From assembly GCA_902525075.1 (NCBI GenBank), contig CABZFV010000003.1, positions 23,055 to 87,054 on the forward strand: a stretch of DNA of 64,000 nucleotides. The letters are read 5' to 3'. The notes beneath the pieces were generated by a model. The model searched no databases. It was given only the letters and a program-made list of their open reading frames with translations, and was not told where the DNA came from. The translations under genes and the position numbers were made by a program. This document shows positions 31,633-42,161 of the stretch, piece by piece; the stretch's first letter is position 1, and each line of letters begins with the position of its first letter. The DNA is from an uncultured Prochlorococcus sp. Its GTDB lineage: Bacteria; Cyanobacteriota; Cyanobacteriia; PCC-6307; Cyanobiaceae.

Positions 31633-32469
31633 TTGAAAAAGCTTTTTTTGTTTGTCGGACCAGCAAAAACCTTAACTAGTGTATTAGAAAAAAGTGCAGA
31701 TAAGTATTCTGATTTAATCTTACCTAAAATAAAAGAGACTCATTTTTTGTCCCAAGATGTATTAGAAAAAAGTTACTATAAGGATATAATACCTAGTTTC
31801 AAGAAAAGATTTGATATTGGAAAAAAATTTTATGATCAATTTGAAAAAGAATTCGAAAAAAATAATTTTGCTGAATTTTGCCCATCTTACATATTATCAA
31901 AACAAGCAATGAAATATTGTAAAAATAAAAATAATGTTTTCCCAATAATCACATATAGAGAGCCTAATAAAAGATCTATATCTCACTTTTTAATGGATAA
32001 GCGGTTAGGACTGAATAAAAATAGTTCAATTGAAAAATCAATAAATTCTTCTGCAGATTTTTACCAACAATACTTTTGCCTCTCTGACTATGATTTTTTG
32101 ATAAAAAAATGGTTAAAATTTTCAGATAATTTATTAATTCTCGATCCACTAAAAAAGAAATTATATTGCCTAGCTAAAGGGATTAATCATGATAAGGAAA
32201 TTGTTTCCGAAATAATACTTTCTTTATGTGATAATTTAGAAAAATTAGAAATAAATAAAGGTTTTGATATAAATAATAATTTTTTGAAGGGAATTTATAG
32301 ACTTTATATAAAATCAGAAATTAAGATCAATTCTAAATTAGCTAATTTTATAAAAAAGTTTCTAAAGAGTAAGTCAAAATATAATGAATTAATAAATAAT
32401 AATCAGTTTAATAAAAACTTGGAAAGTATTATTTTAGAAAATAATTTTATAGAAATAAGTAATGAATGA
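31633..32469 (+). CDS. Sulfotransferase family protein
   Basis: GPAKTLTS loop, KETHF, PSY, REP..R..S. Confidence 0.72.
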   Translation: MKKLFLFVGPAKTLTSVLEKSADKYSDLILPKIKETHFLSQDVLEKSYYKDIIPSFKKRFDIGKKFYDQFEKEFEKNNFAEFCPSYILSKQAMKYCKNKNNVFPIITYREPNKRSISHFLMDKRLGLNKNSSIEKSINSSADFYQQYFCLSDYDFLIKKWLKFSDNLLILDPLKKKLYCLAKGINHDKEIVSEIILSLCDNLEKLEINKGFDINNNFLKGIYRLYIKSEIKINSKLANFIKKFLKSKSKYNELINNNQFNKNLESIILENNFIEISNE

Positions 32470-33232
32470 CATAATTTTTCTAAATATACTAACTGTTGGA
32501 TTAGGATATGATAATAATTTTTTAAGAACTCAAAAAAGTATAGAGAATTTAGCTGTTAATCATAAAGGAAGACTTCTGATAAATTGGTTTATAATATTGA
32601 AAAATTATAAAAAAAATGAATGGCCATTCGACAATGAAAATATAATAATTAAGGTGATTAATAAAAAAGACAATGGAATATATGAGGCAATGAATATACT
32701 TCTAGAGGCCTCGAGAGACAAGGTGGGGAGATGTGTATTTATAAACTCTGGTGATATTATTTTAAACGATGCTTTTGAATTACTTCTTTTAGATGAAAAT
32801 CAAACTTTGTTAGCCGGGGATTGTGAAGTAGTAGATGAAGAAGGAAAACATTGTTGGAGATTTTCAAGGCATGCTAAACATTCTGGACAAAAATTTGGAT
32901 TAGCTTTTGGAATGCCATTTAATCATGGAGCCCTTTTTTTTAATAATCATAAAAATATTAAAAATTTTCAAAATTCTTTTAATTTATCATCCTTAGATTA
33001 TCTATGGATATTAGATAATTGGGGAAATTTACCAAGAAAAGAGATTTATATAAATAATAATTTAATAGTTCAAAGATTTTATCTTGGAGGGAAAAGCTCA
33101 AGTCTTTCATATTTCGAAAGATATAAACAAGAAATAATTTGCATATTAAAATCTGATTTAAGATTAACCACTAAATTCGCTTCAATTTTGTTCAGGTTTA
33201 TTAAGTTCTCATTAAGATTATTTTTCAAATGA
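32462..33232 (+). CDS. Glycosyltransferase family 2 (WcaE-like)
   Basis: DNGIYEAMN, FINSGD, GG.S. Confidence 0.75.
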   Translation: MNDIIFLNILTVGLGYDNNFLRTQKSIENLAVNHKGRLLINWFIILKNYKKNEWPFDNENIIIKVINKKDNGIYEAMNILLEASRDKVGRCVFINSGDIILNDAFELLLLDENQTLLAGDCEVVDEEGKHCWRFSRHAKHSGQKFGLAFGMPFNHGALFFNNHKNIKNFQNSFNLSSLDYLWILDNWGNLPRKEIYINNNLIVQRFYLGGKSSSLSYFERYKQEIICILKSDLRLTTKFASILFRFIKFSLRLFFK

Positions 33233-34290
33233 AAAAGTATTTAGTTTTACCAATATCAAAAAATAATAAATCTGGAGGCTTGTTCGTTATTCATGAATAT
33301 TTTGAAATATTAGGAATTAATATTAGAAATATTAACTCTATAGAGAAGTTATCTCTCTTAAAAGTCTTTTACTTTTATTTATTTAAAAGAAAATATAAAA
33401 ATCGATTTAAAATTTATATACTGTCACCAATTGGTTTATTTTTAATTTTTTTTATTAAAAGGTTTTCAAATAATATATATTATTTTTCTCAGGCTGATGA
33501 CTCTATTATTATGGCATCCCTTTTAAAGGATAAATTTAAAATTCTTTCATATCCTATCTTAAAAAAATATCTTAGAAATTTTTTACCTTTTTTAATGAAT
33601 AAAAATTTGAAGAAGATTTTTACTAATTCTAAATTTGTTGCCTTGTTAAACAAGAATTACTCTTCAAATTCTAGAATATTCATTTTAAATCTTTGGACTA
33701 AAGAAGAACATTATAAAATTGGAAAAAAAATTATTCAAAAAAGACTTAATATAAAATACTTATCTCCTAAAAATGACCCTATAAAAATTGGTTTCATGGC
33801 TAGATATAATTACTGGAAAGGTTTTAGGCACTTTGATTTCCTATATAAAAATTTAATTTCTTTGGGAAATGTAGAATTTATTGTACAAAATTCTAATGAT
33901 ATCTCCATCAAGAATTTAACTTTTAACTTAATTAGAGATGTAAGTGAATTTTATTCAAATATTGATATTTATATCTGCACAAGTGATATTGAAGGCTTTT
34001 GTCTTCCAATATTTGAGGCTTTATTATATGGTTCTTTGATAGTAACAACCTACCAACCTGCAGCAATTGAATATATCCCGTCAGAATTCATTAATAATGG
34101 TTTCTTTATGTGCAAAAAAATGGAAAAAGAAAATGAATCCGTCTTAGCATCTGATTTATTAAGAGAAATTAAAAATGCTTTAAAATTTAGAAAAGATTTA
34201 ACTAAATATAAAAAATTCTTATTAAGGACCCTAGAATGGAATAAAGAAAAGTTTTTGCTTTACAGAAAACCAATGAAAAATGAAGTCTGA
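33229..34290 (+). CDS. Glycosyltransferase, GT-B (GT4-like)
   Basis: N-terminal SGG, KG, EGFCLPIFEA. Confidence 0.78.
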   Translation: MKKYLVLPISKNNKSGGLFVIHEYFEILGINIRNINSIEKLSLLKVFYFYLFKRKYKNRFKIYILSPIGLFLIFFIKRFSNNIYYFSQADDSIIMASLLKDKFKILSYPILKKYLRNFLPFLMNKNLKKIFTNSKFVALLNKNYSSNSRIFILNLWTKEEHYKIGKKIIQKRLNIKYLSPKNDPIKIGFMARYNYWKGFRHFDFLYKNLISLGNVEFIVQNSNDISIKNLTFNLIRDVSEFYSNIDIYICTSDIEGFCLPIFEALLYGSLIVTTYQPAAIEYIPSEFINNGFFMCKKMEKENESVLASDLLREIKNALKFRKDLTKYKKFLLRTLEWNKEKFLLYRKPMKNEV

Positions 34291-35538
34291 ATGAAGATTA
34301 AATATTATTATTCTGCAACAGTAGGAATTATTACCGATGATGTGAGTATTTTATGTGATCCATGGTTTACTCAAGGTATATACTATGGATCTTGGTTCCA
34401 TTACCCTTATGAACCCTCAAAAATAGATAATATTGAAAAATATGACTATATTTTTATTTCACACTTGCACGAAGATCACTGTGATATCCGATTCTTAAAG
34501 AAATATCTTAAAGATAATAGTGAAACTAAAATAATAATCGCAGAACGTCCTAATAATTATCTATCTAAAATTCTTGATAGAAATAAAATTGAATATTTAG
34601 CGATAAAAAGTACTAATATTGGAGAATCTTTTATAGATATAATTGTTGATGATTCAAGAGGAAATTCATCAATTGATTCAATTCTTGTTCTAAGAAAAAA
34701 GAGTAATATCTATATAAATGCAAATGATTGCATAGTTAGTGAGGATATTGCTAACAAAATAAATAAATTAAAAGAAAATAATATTGACTATAAAGTATTA
34801 TTATCAATTGGTTATGCAGGAGCTAATGATTGGCCTCATATGTACCTTAATTATTATGGTAATGATTTATTAATAGCTGCGAGTAAAAAAAGAAAGTTAA
34901 ATATTAATAAATTCATAAAGGGAGTAAATTATATAAATCCTTCTATTGTTCATCCTTTCGCGGGGCAATACATTTTGGGAGGGCATCTATATAAATATAA
35001 TTCTCAAAGAGGGATCCCTGATCCAATAGTTTTAAAAGATATTTTTAAAAAAGTGGTCATATTGAAAGAATATAAAGGAGAAATAGACTTAGAAAAAAAT
35101 TTTATAAGTAATGAAAGACTTGAACCTTACAATGAAGATGAATTAAACAAATATTCTGAATCATTAAGATATGAAAAATTTGATTACGAATCAGATGAAG
35201 TTTTTATCGATAATGAAACTATCAAAAATAAATTAAATTTTGCCTACAGTAAAATTGTCGACAGTGAAAAATATGATTTTAATATTGATATCTATACTAA
35301 ATATATATATGAGAATGATTTTAAAAAGAGCCGAGAAGTATTAAGTATGCATTTCAAAGGTTCTAATATAGATAAGGAAAAAATTAGTTATAAGTATATT
35401 ATTGATCCAAGATTATTGTCGGGGATTATTAAAAAAAAATATCATTGGGATAACTGTATAATTGGTAGTCATATATTTACTGAAAGAATTCCTGATATTG
35501 ATTATAGAGTATTCAGAGATTTCTTGAATTTCATTTAG
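34291..35538 (+). CDS. MBL-fold metalloenzyme, CMAH-like
   Basis: CDPWF..G.YYGSW, ISHLHEDH, IDS, NANDC, PFAGQY, WDNCIIG. Confidence 0.8.
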   Translation: MKIKYYYSATVGIITDDVSILCDPWFTQGIYYGSWFHYPYEPSKIDNIEKYDYIFISHLHEDHCDIRFLKKYLKDNSETKIIIAERPNNYLSKILDRNKIEYLAIKSTNIGESFIDIIVDDSRGNSSIDSILVLRKKSNIYINANDCIVSEDIANKINKLKENNIDYKVLLSIGYAGANDWPHMYLNYYGNDLLIAASKKRKLNINKFIKGVNYINPSIVHPFAGQYILGGHLYKYNSQRGIPDPIVLKDIFKKVVILKEYKGEIDLEKNFISNERLEPYNEDELNKYSESLRYEKFDYESDEVFIDNETIKNKLNFAYSKIVDSEKYDFNIDIYTKYIYENDFKKSREVLSMHFKGSNIDKEKISYKYIIDPRLLSGIIKKKYHWDNCIIGSHIFTERIPDIDYRVFRDFLNFI

Positions 35539-36805
35539 TTTTTGCAAAAAATAAATTTTTAGATCGTAATTTGTCTAAATTTAGAAAAAGACTAAAACCC
35601 ACGCATGTTAATGGAATTAAAGGTATAAAATATCTAAAATAAGGAAAAAAGAAAAGTGGGGGAATACATAATATTAAAGGTGAAAGCCATAAAAATATTG
35701 ATAAATTTTTTGTATTTTTTATCCATGATATATAACCAAAAATATGAAAAATACTTAGAACTATTAATGGAATTAAAACTGTAATTATAAAAATATTTTG
35801 ATCGAAATCAGTTAATAATTCTTGAAGATTATTTTCTGGAAGTATCTTTTTTATACTCTGAATTTTGATCAAACCAAAATTAATCTCCCAAGGTAAATCA
35901 GTAAATCTACCTCTAGCACCAGTTAGTAAAATAATACCAATTGGGATGTAGATGAGGTAAGCTAATGCAGCAAAAATTTTTTGTATAAAAAAATTTGAAT
36001 ATGAACAATAGTCATTGCATAAAAAGTAATATATTTGCTTAGGCTTTATAGGATAATTGCTGTCCCAAAGATCAGATAGAAACAAATTTAAATATTCTTT
36101 ATTTATTTGTAAGAAAAGTTTAAGTGTGAATGAAAATATAATCAAAGAAATAATTAATATGAAAAAAGACTGGGATTTATAAAATATTCTTTTTCTTACT
36201 TTTAGGAATTTAGAAATACCAATTACTATAATTTCAAAGAAGGATACTGCTATGAATTGCGATCTAAATAAAGAAATCATAAGTAATTTAAAAAAATAAC
36301 TTAAATCATTTTTGAAACTTTTTATATAATTTAATTCTATATCTTTTACTCTATATCTAATTAAAATCGCGATACCCAATAAAGCAAAAATTTCAGTACA
36401 GAATTTAAAAGAATAAATTATTAATATTGGATGAATAGCCATTAAAGATAAACTAATTGGTTCTAATTTCTTATTTAAAAAAGACTTTGCTGATTTATAG
36501 ATACTTATACAACTGAAAGCGACTATTAATTGCGAAATAATAGTTTTTATTATCAAACTAAATGATAATTTAGTGAGAAATTGTACTGAAATTGAATAAA
36601 AAGGACTATAAGTTGTAGTTGTTAAGTAGTTTTTAATATCTGGTGATTGAAATATATTTTTAGGGGTTAAAAACGCTTCATTTGGTAAATGAATATATCG
36701 ATAAAATATAATTGCGAATATTGAGATTATAATTTTTGGAATCCAGTAATATTTTATAACTTCTTTATTAGAGTAGATATGATAAAATTTCAAAATATTC
36801 AACAT
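35531..36805 (-). CDS. Polytopic membrane protein (GT-C or Wzy-like candidate)
   Basis: About 10 hydrophobic segments, D..NY loop, TE, RYFIP. Confidence 0.6.
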   Translation of the reverse strand: MLNILKFYHIYSNKEVIKYYWIPKIIISIFAIIFYRYIHLPNEAFLTPKNIFQSPDIKNYLTTTTYSPFYSISVQFLTKLSFSLIIKTIISQLIVAFSCISIYKSAKSFLNKKLEPISLSLMAIHPILIIYSFKFCTEIFALLGIAILIRYRVKDIELNYIKSFKNDLSYFFKLLMISLFRSQFIAVSFFEIIVIGISKFLKVRKRIFYKSQSFFILIISLIIFSFTLKLFLQINKEYLNLFLSDLWDSNYPIKPKQIYYFLCNDYCSYSNFFIQKIFAALAYLIYIPIGIILLTGARGRFTDLPWEINFGLIKIQSIKKILPENNLQELLTDFDQNIFIITVLIPLIVLSIFHIFGYISWIKNTKNLSIFLWLSPLILCIPPLFFFPYFRYFIPLIPLTCVGFSLFLNLDKLRSKNLFFAKTK

Positions 36806-36839
36806 TCCATGACAAGATCCTATCTATTAGTCTTATCTC

Positions 36840-37646
36840 ATGTCAATAAAGGAAAACTTAAATATAAGCTGTTCTATAGTAGCTTTTTCTGATGGTATCG
36901 TTACAAAAAAAATAAATGATTTAAAAAATACATTGGTTTCTTTTAGAAATTGTTCTTTTTCAGGTAAAATTATTGTAATAGACAACAGTAAATTTCCTTA
37001 TTTCAAATCTTCGACTGATAAAATTGAAAACTGTCAATATATTCATAACCCTTCTAATCCAGGTTTTGGTGCATCTCATAATCTAGCTATAAAACTACTT
37101 TCTGATAGTGAGTATCATTTGATATTAAACCCTGATGTAATTATTAAAGATAAAGAATGCTTAATTAAACTGTTTAAACAATTAATAAAATTAAATGCCT
37201 CTTTGGTTCAACCAAGAATTTTGGGATTTGATAACTTAGAACAATATTTGTGTAAGAAAGATCCAACATTATTAGCGATGATAATAAGAATGTATAAACT
37301 TGATTTAAAATTTAAAGTTTTTGAAAAGTATAATAAAGATTACATGATGTTGAAAAAGGCATATAAAAAAAGAAACATAAGGTCAACATACTTATCTGGT
37401 TGCGCCATGATGGTTAGTCTAAGGGATTTTTGGAAGGTAAATGGTTTTGATGAAAGATTTTTTATGTATCTTGAAGATGCTGATTTATCTAGATCACTTA
37501 ATCAGGTAAGGGGTTCATATCAGATAGGAAACTGCTTTATTTTTCATAGATGGGCAAAAGAAAGTCATATAAAATGGAAATTAAAATTCATAGCAATAAT
37601 ATCTTTTATAAAATATTCACTTAAATGGGGATTAAAAATTGTTTGA
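36840..37646 (+). CDS. GT2 glycosyltransferase, WbbL-like rhamnosyltransferase
   Basis: IDN, NPGFGASHN, LNPD, SGC, GFDERFFMYLED.D. Confidence 0.85.
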   Translation: MSIKENLNISCSIVAFSDGIVTKKINDLKNTLVSFRNCSFSGKIIVIDNSKFPYFKSSTDKIENCQYIHNPSNPGFGASHNLAIKLLSDSEYHLILNPDVIIKDKECLIKLFKQLIKLNASLVQPRILGFDNLEQYLCKKDPTLLAMIIRMYKLDLKFKVFEKYNKDYMMLKKAYKKRNIRSTYLSGCAMMVSLRDFWKVNGFDERFFMYLEDADLSRSLNQVRGSYQIGNCFIFHRWAKESHIKWKLKFIAIISFIKYSLKWGLKIV

Positions 37647-37702
37647 AATTTTAATTTGACTTCTATTTGTAGTGTTATGATAAACAAAATCTTTTGTTTT
37701 GG

Positions 37703-38905
37703 ATGCCGTACACTACTTCATGCGTATTTTGTGGATCCATTCATAAAAAAGTCTTAGATTTAGGTCTTCACCCTCATAGTGATTACTTTCCTTCAAGCAC
37801 GAAATATAAAATTACCTGTTTCCCTTTAAATCTTGTTAGATGCACAAAATGTGGGTTATATCAAATTGATTATCATTTGGATAAAGAATTTTTATTTAAC
37901 GATAACTACATATATGACTCTTCCATAAATATTGGTGGAGTTAAGCATTGGGAAGAGTTTGCAAAGACTACTAAAGAAATATTTTCTAATAAAATCAAAA
38001 ATCTGTCACATCTTGATGTGGGCTCTAATGCTGGAGAGTTAAATGAGGCTTTCTCAAGAATTGGATTCAATTCAGTTGGAATTGAGCCTTCTAAGGATCC
38101 CTATAAAAAAGCAATTACATTGGGAAGAAAAAGTATTAATAGTTATTTTGATAGATCATTACTTGATAAATTACCTCTTGAGAAATTTAATTTAATAACT
38201 TTTACTAATTCTTTCCCTCACATCCCAAATCCTTATGAAACTTTAAGATTGGCAAGCGAATTATTAGAAAAAGAAAATGGAGTAATTGTAATAGAATCTC
38301 CTGCAGCAAAGAAGATGATGGAGAATTTTCAATATGATCAAATTTATCATCAACATATGACTTATTTAGATTTTGAACCACTTGAAATGCTCGCAAATGA
38401 ATTGAATTTAGAAATACATAAAATGGTAGATACTGATTTTCATAATGGTTCTACAAGGTACTATATATCTTTCAAAAATGTATATAAAAAATCATCTTAT
38501 GTAGAAAAAATGTTCGAAAACTTAAGTAAAAAATCAATTGATTTGAATCAACAAGATGATATTTTTAGGATGGGATGCCTAAAAAAAAGAGATAAACTTA
38601 AGAATCTTATTAATCAATACAAGGATGAAAACAAAAAAATCTGCTGCGTTTCGGCTCCTGCCAAGGGTAATACCATTTTAAATTACTGTAATTTAACTTG
38701 CAACGACATACCCTTTACTACAGAAGCAAATATTCTTAAAGTTGGAAGATATACACCCTTAAGTTCTCTCCCAATTAAAGAAGATTCTTATCTTTTGGAA
38801 TACAAACCTGATGCAATCATTATTCTAGCTTGGAACTTTTTTGGAGAGATTTCAAATGCTATAAAAAAATATGTACCTTATGCAAAAATGTATACTCCAT
38901 TATAA
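37703..38905 (+). CDS. NDP-hexose C-methyltransferase (Zn-binding N-terminal domain)
   Basis: CVFC and CTKC, DVGSNAG, YDQIYHQH, HNGS.R, APAKGNT, ILAWNF. Confidence 0.85.
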   Translation: MPYTTSCVFCGSIHKKVLDLGLHPHSDYFPSSTKYKITCFPLNLVRCTKCGLYQIDYHLDKEFLFNDNYIYDSSINIGGVKHWEEFAKTTKEIFSNKIKNLSHLDVGSNAGELNEAFSRIGFNSVGIEPSKDPYKKAITLGRKSINSYFDRSLLDKLPLEKFNLITFTNSFPHIPNPYETLRLASELLEKENGVIVIESPAAKKMMENFQYDQIYHQHMTYLDFEPLEMLANELNLEIHKMVDTDFHNGSTRYYISFKNVYKKSSYVEKMFENLSKKSIDLNQQDDIFRMGCLKKRDKLKNLINQYKDENKKICCVSAPAKGNTILNYCNLTCNDIPFTTEANILKVGRYTPLSSLPIKEDSYLLEYKPDAIIILAWNFFGEISNAIKKYVPYAKMYTPL

Positions 38906-39003
38906 GTTTTTAGTGCTTATGATCATAAATAAGAAACTTAAGAATAATTAAATAATATACATGATGTAACTTAAAATTCTATAATTATTGTTTTATATTA
39001 AAT

Positions 39004-40155
39004 GTGAAAAAATTTCCTGCATTTAGACCTAAATTATCAGATAAAAGTATTTCTAATATAAATCAAGAAATTAAAGAATTATCTATCTCAGGCAATTTTG
39101 GGATGGCTATAAAAGAGGCTGAGGAAAATTACTCAATACTTCACAATAATTATTTTTCAGTATTGTGTAGTTCTGGTACTACAGCACTTCATCTGGCTTG
39201 CCTTGGACTAGGAATAAATCAAAATTCAATAGTTATTGTGCCTGCTTCAACAAATATGGCAACTTTTTTCGCACCGATGTATTGCGGCGCTAAAGTGATT
39301 CCATGCGATGTTAATAAAGATAATGGGTTAATAGATTTGAAATGTTTAGAAAAAATTTGTCTTGAACAACCAGTAGATTTAGTAATACCAGTTCATCTCT
39401 ATGGACATGTCATAGATATTAATAACTTACTAACTTTAAAAGAAAAATACAATTTTAAAGTCATAGAGGATTGTGCTGAAGCTCATTTCGCTTCATATGA
39501 AAATGATGAAAAATTTGTAGGCTCTTATTTTGATGCTGGTTGTTTTAGTTTTTATGCTAATAAAATAATATCTTGTGGAGAGGGAGGTATAGTTTTATTC
39601 AAGAATAAAATAAATGCAAATAAAGCTAAATCATTTAAAAATTTATCATTTGGTTCAAATAATGAAATTTCAAAGTTTTTTCATAAGGAAATTGGATACA
39701 ATTATCGACTTTCAAATTTACAGGCTGCTTTACTAAATTATCCAATTGAAAACAGAAACAAAATTTTGGGAATAAGAGCTAAAATTGAAAATCTTTACAG
39801 TAGTTTATTTAAAAATAGAGAATATATTGAAGAAATACCTTCTCAATTAAGTTCGTATAGAGTTAACTGGGTTTATTGTATAAAAATAAAAGAGAAATTT
39901 TTTAAAAAATTTTCGTCAAAAAAAGAATTACTTTTTGAGATTGAAAAAAAAGGTGTAGAGGCTAGAGATTATTTTTATCCAGCTGATAAACAAGATTTTT
40001 TAATAAACTATTCAAAACAAAAAAACTACAATTTTTCTGAATGTAGTCAAGCACTTGAATTTTACGAAAGATCTATTTATTTGCCAGTTTATGAAGACTT
40101 GAATAAGGATGATATTAGTGAGATTGTTAATATAATTGACTCGGTAATTCTATGA
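39004..40155 (+). CDS. DegT/DnrJ/StrS PLP aminotransferase (perosamine synthase-like)
   Basis: SGTTALH, VHLYG, EDCAEA, SFYANK, GEGG, GYNYR. Confidence 0.9.
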   Translation: MKKFPAFRPKLSDKSISNINQEIKELSISGNFGMAIKEAEENYSILHNNYFSVLCSSGTTALHLACLGLGINQNSIVIVPASTNMATFFAPMYCGAKVIPCDVNKDNGLIDLKCLEKICLEQPVDLVIPVHLYGHVIDINNLLTLKEKYNFKVIEDCAEAHFASYENDEKFVGSYFDAGCFSFYANKIISCGEGGIVLFKNKINANKAKSFKNLSFGSNNEISKFFHKEIGYNYRLSNLQAALLNYPIENRNKILGIRAKIENLYSSLFKNREYIEEIPSQLSSYRVNWVYCIKIKEKFFKKFSSKKELLFEIEKKGVEARDYFYPADKQDFLINYSKQKNYNFSECSQALEFYERSIYLPVYEDLNKDDISEIVNIIDSVIL

Positions 40156-40958
40156 GTAATATCTTTACAATACAAACTCCTGAAATTTATGAATCAATTT
40201 ATAATAATAAATGCTACGGATTAGAGAGTATTATTCTTCTAAGTAATTTAATAAAATTTAAAGAGCCTAAATGGAAAACATTGGAAATTGGTGCTGGCTC
40301 TGGCCAACTTTATAGTTTTATTAATAACTATTGCTCTGAATATACGGCAGTTGAGCCATCAGAATTAATGTTTAATAGATTTAAAGAAAAGTTTGTAAAA
40401 GATAAAAATAATCATAGAAATTTAGAAATCATTCAAAAATCTTTTCAAAATTTTATAGACACAAGTAAAGAATTAAATTATGAATTAATTATTGCAAATT
40501 TTAATGTTTTTAATTACTTAAGTTGGTATGAATTAAAAGATTATTTTATAAAAATAAAAAATAAATCTCAGTCGAACTTAATTGTGGCATTTGATACTTG
40601 GTCTTTAGATTATGTAAAATTAAGGCCAAAGAAGCAAACAAGTAATGTTAAATTTAGAATTAAAGGTACTAAAGATAACAATATTTTGATGGAAAGAGTG
40701 GCTAATTCAATATTTAATGAAAGAAATGATTCAATTAATATTAAATTTGAATTTTTTCAGAAAGGAGATAAAACTAATTTAGTTGGTGTTGAAAATCATG
40801 TTATTTATCCATTTGATTTGAAGTCTTGTATTAATGAAATACAAGAATTCTCAAAAAAAATCATAACTATACCATTCCTTAACTTAGAATTTAATAATGA
40901 GAAAATTAATACTTCTCTTTTTAGAAATTGGCTCGTAATTTTTGAAATTAATAATTAG
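40152..40958 (+). CDS. Class I SAM methyltransferase (possible sugar N-methyltransferase)
   Basis: Y..IY..K.Y..E N-terminus, LEIGAGSG, VEPS..M; overlaps aminotransferase stop. Confidence 0.72.
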   Translation: MSNIFTIQTPEIYESIYNNKCYGLESIILLSNLIKFKEPKWKTLEIGAGSGQLYSFINNYCSEYTAVEPSELMFNRFKEKFVKDKNNHRNLEIIQKSFQNFIDTSKELNYELIIANFNVFNYLSWYELKDYFIKIKNKSQSNLIVAFDTWSLDYVKLRPKKQTSNVKFRIKGTKDNNILMERVANSIFNERNDSINIKFEFFQKGDKTNLVGVENHVIYPFDLKSCINEIQEFSKKIITIPFLNLEFNNEKINTSLFRNWLVIFEINN

Positions 40959-42154
40959 ATTTCAGGTATAAGATTTTCTATAGATTTTTTTATTAATTCT
41001 TGTCCATATCTATTTGGATCGATTAAAAATTCCTTTTTATAACTTTGCCCATTATAATTAGCTTCTTTAGATATAAGCCATAAAAGTGCATCTTCAATTT
41101 CTTTTATTGAATAAGGATTGAAATAATAACATTGATTTAAAGTTTGCTCTATATGACCCTCATGCTTAGAAAGAGCAACAGGTTTGTTCATTGACATGAA
41201 ATCAATAGGCGGTAGGTTATCAGGTCCTAAAAGAGAAGGGAAAATTAAACCTAATGAATTTGATGAAATAGTTTGATATTCGTATTTATCTAGATAGCCT
41301 AGATGCAAAACTTTATCTTTATTAATTTTTAAATGCTTAATATATTCTTGAAGTTTTAAACTTTTACTTCTATCTATATAACCTGTGAATACAAGCTTAA
41401 TTTCATTATTACTTTTTGAAAAGTTTGAAAATGCCTCAAGCAACCTATAGTGATTTTTATGACTCCAAAAATTAGCTGGATAAATTATGTAAGGTTCTTT
41501 AACTAAATTTATAGACTTTATTGTTTTATCTTTTTGATTAATTGCCATATAAGGCATGGGAATTTTGAAAATTTTATTGGAAGCAACTCCAAATCTTTTT
41601 AATTTATTAGCAAAATAATCAGTTCCAACAATTATTAAACTTGCATTTTTTTTGATAAGCTCAAATCTATTTATTCTTCTTTGTAATTCACCTTCGATTC
41701 TGAATTCTTTATGAAATGGTAGATCTTCATGTGATAAATCCCAAAGTATGCATATACTCGGATGATCAGTTTTCAATTTATACGGTCCCAATGAAATTAT
41801 AATATCTGGATTTAAGTAATTAATAATTTTTTCGGCTTCGAAATTACCAAAAATCGATACTAATTTTTTTATAAAATTTGAATTAACCTTTTTAAAAAAA
41901 AATTTTTTAAATTTGATACTCTTTTCTGGGTAATATCTTTTTTGAATTTCTTTGCTTGATAGTTTGGAGATTATCGTAAACTCTATGCTTTCATAAAGTT
42001 TGTCCCCATGAATTGTATTTAAAATACCCTTCAAAACTCTAGATTCAAATTCAGCAGCACCACCTGAAAATTCTTTATGAATTTGTTCTAGATAAATAAC
42101 AATTTTGTATTTTTTGAAATTAATAATATTATTATTGAAGATATTGGATATCAA
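40955..42154 (-). CDS. Glycosyltransferase family 4
   Basis: WDLSH, YPANFWSHKNH, FPSL.GPDNLPP; start codon uncertain (TTG). Confidence 0.82.
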   Translation of the reverse strand: MISNIFNNNIINFKKYKIVIYLEQIHKEFSGGAAEFESRVLKGILNTIHGDKLYESIEFTIISKLSSKEIQKRYYPEKSIKFKKFFFKKVNSNFIKKLVSIFGNFEAEKIINYLNPDIIISLGPYKLKTDHPSICILWDLSHEDLPFHKEFRIEGELQRRINRFELIKKNASLIIVGTDYFANKLKRFGVASNKIFKIPMPYMAINQKDKTIKSINLVKEPYIIYPANFWSHKNHYRLLEAFSNFSKSNNEIKLVFTGYIDRSKSLKLQEYIKHLKINKDKVLHLGYLDKYEYQTISSNSLGLIFPSLLGPDNLPPIDFMSMNKPVALSKHEGHIEQTLNQCYYFNPYSIKEIEDALLWLISKEANYNGQSYKKEFLIDPNRYGQELIKKSIENLIPEI

Positions 42155-42161
42155 AATTAAT

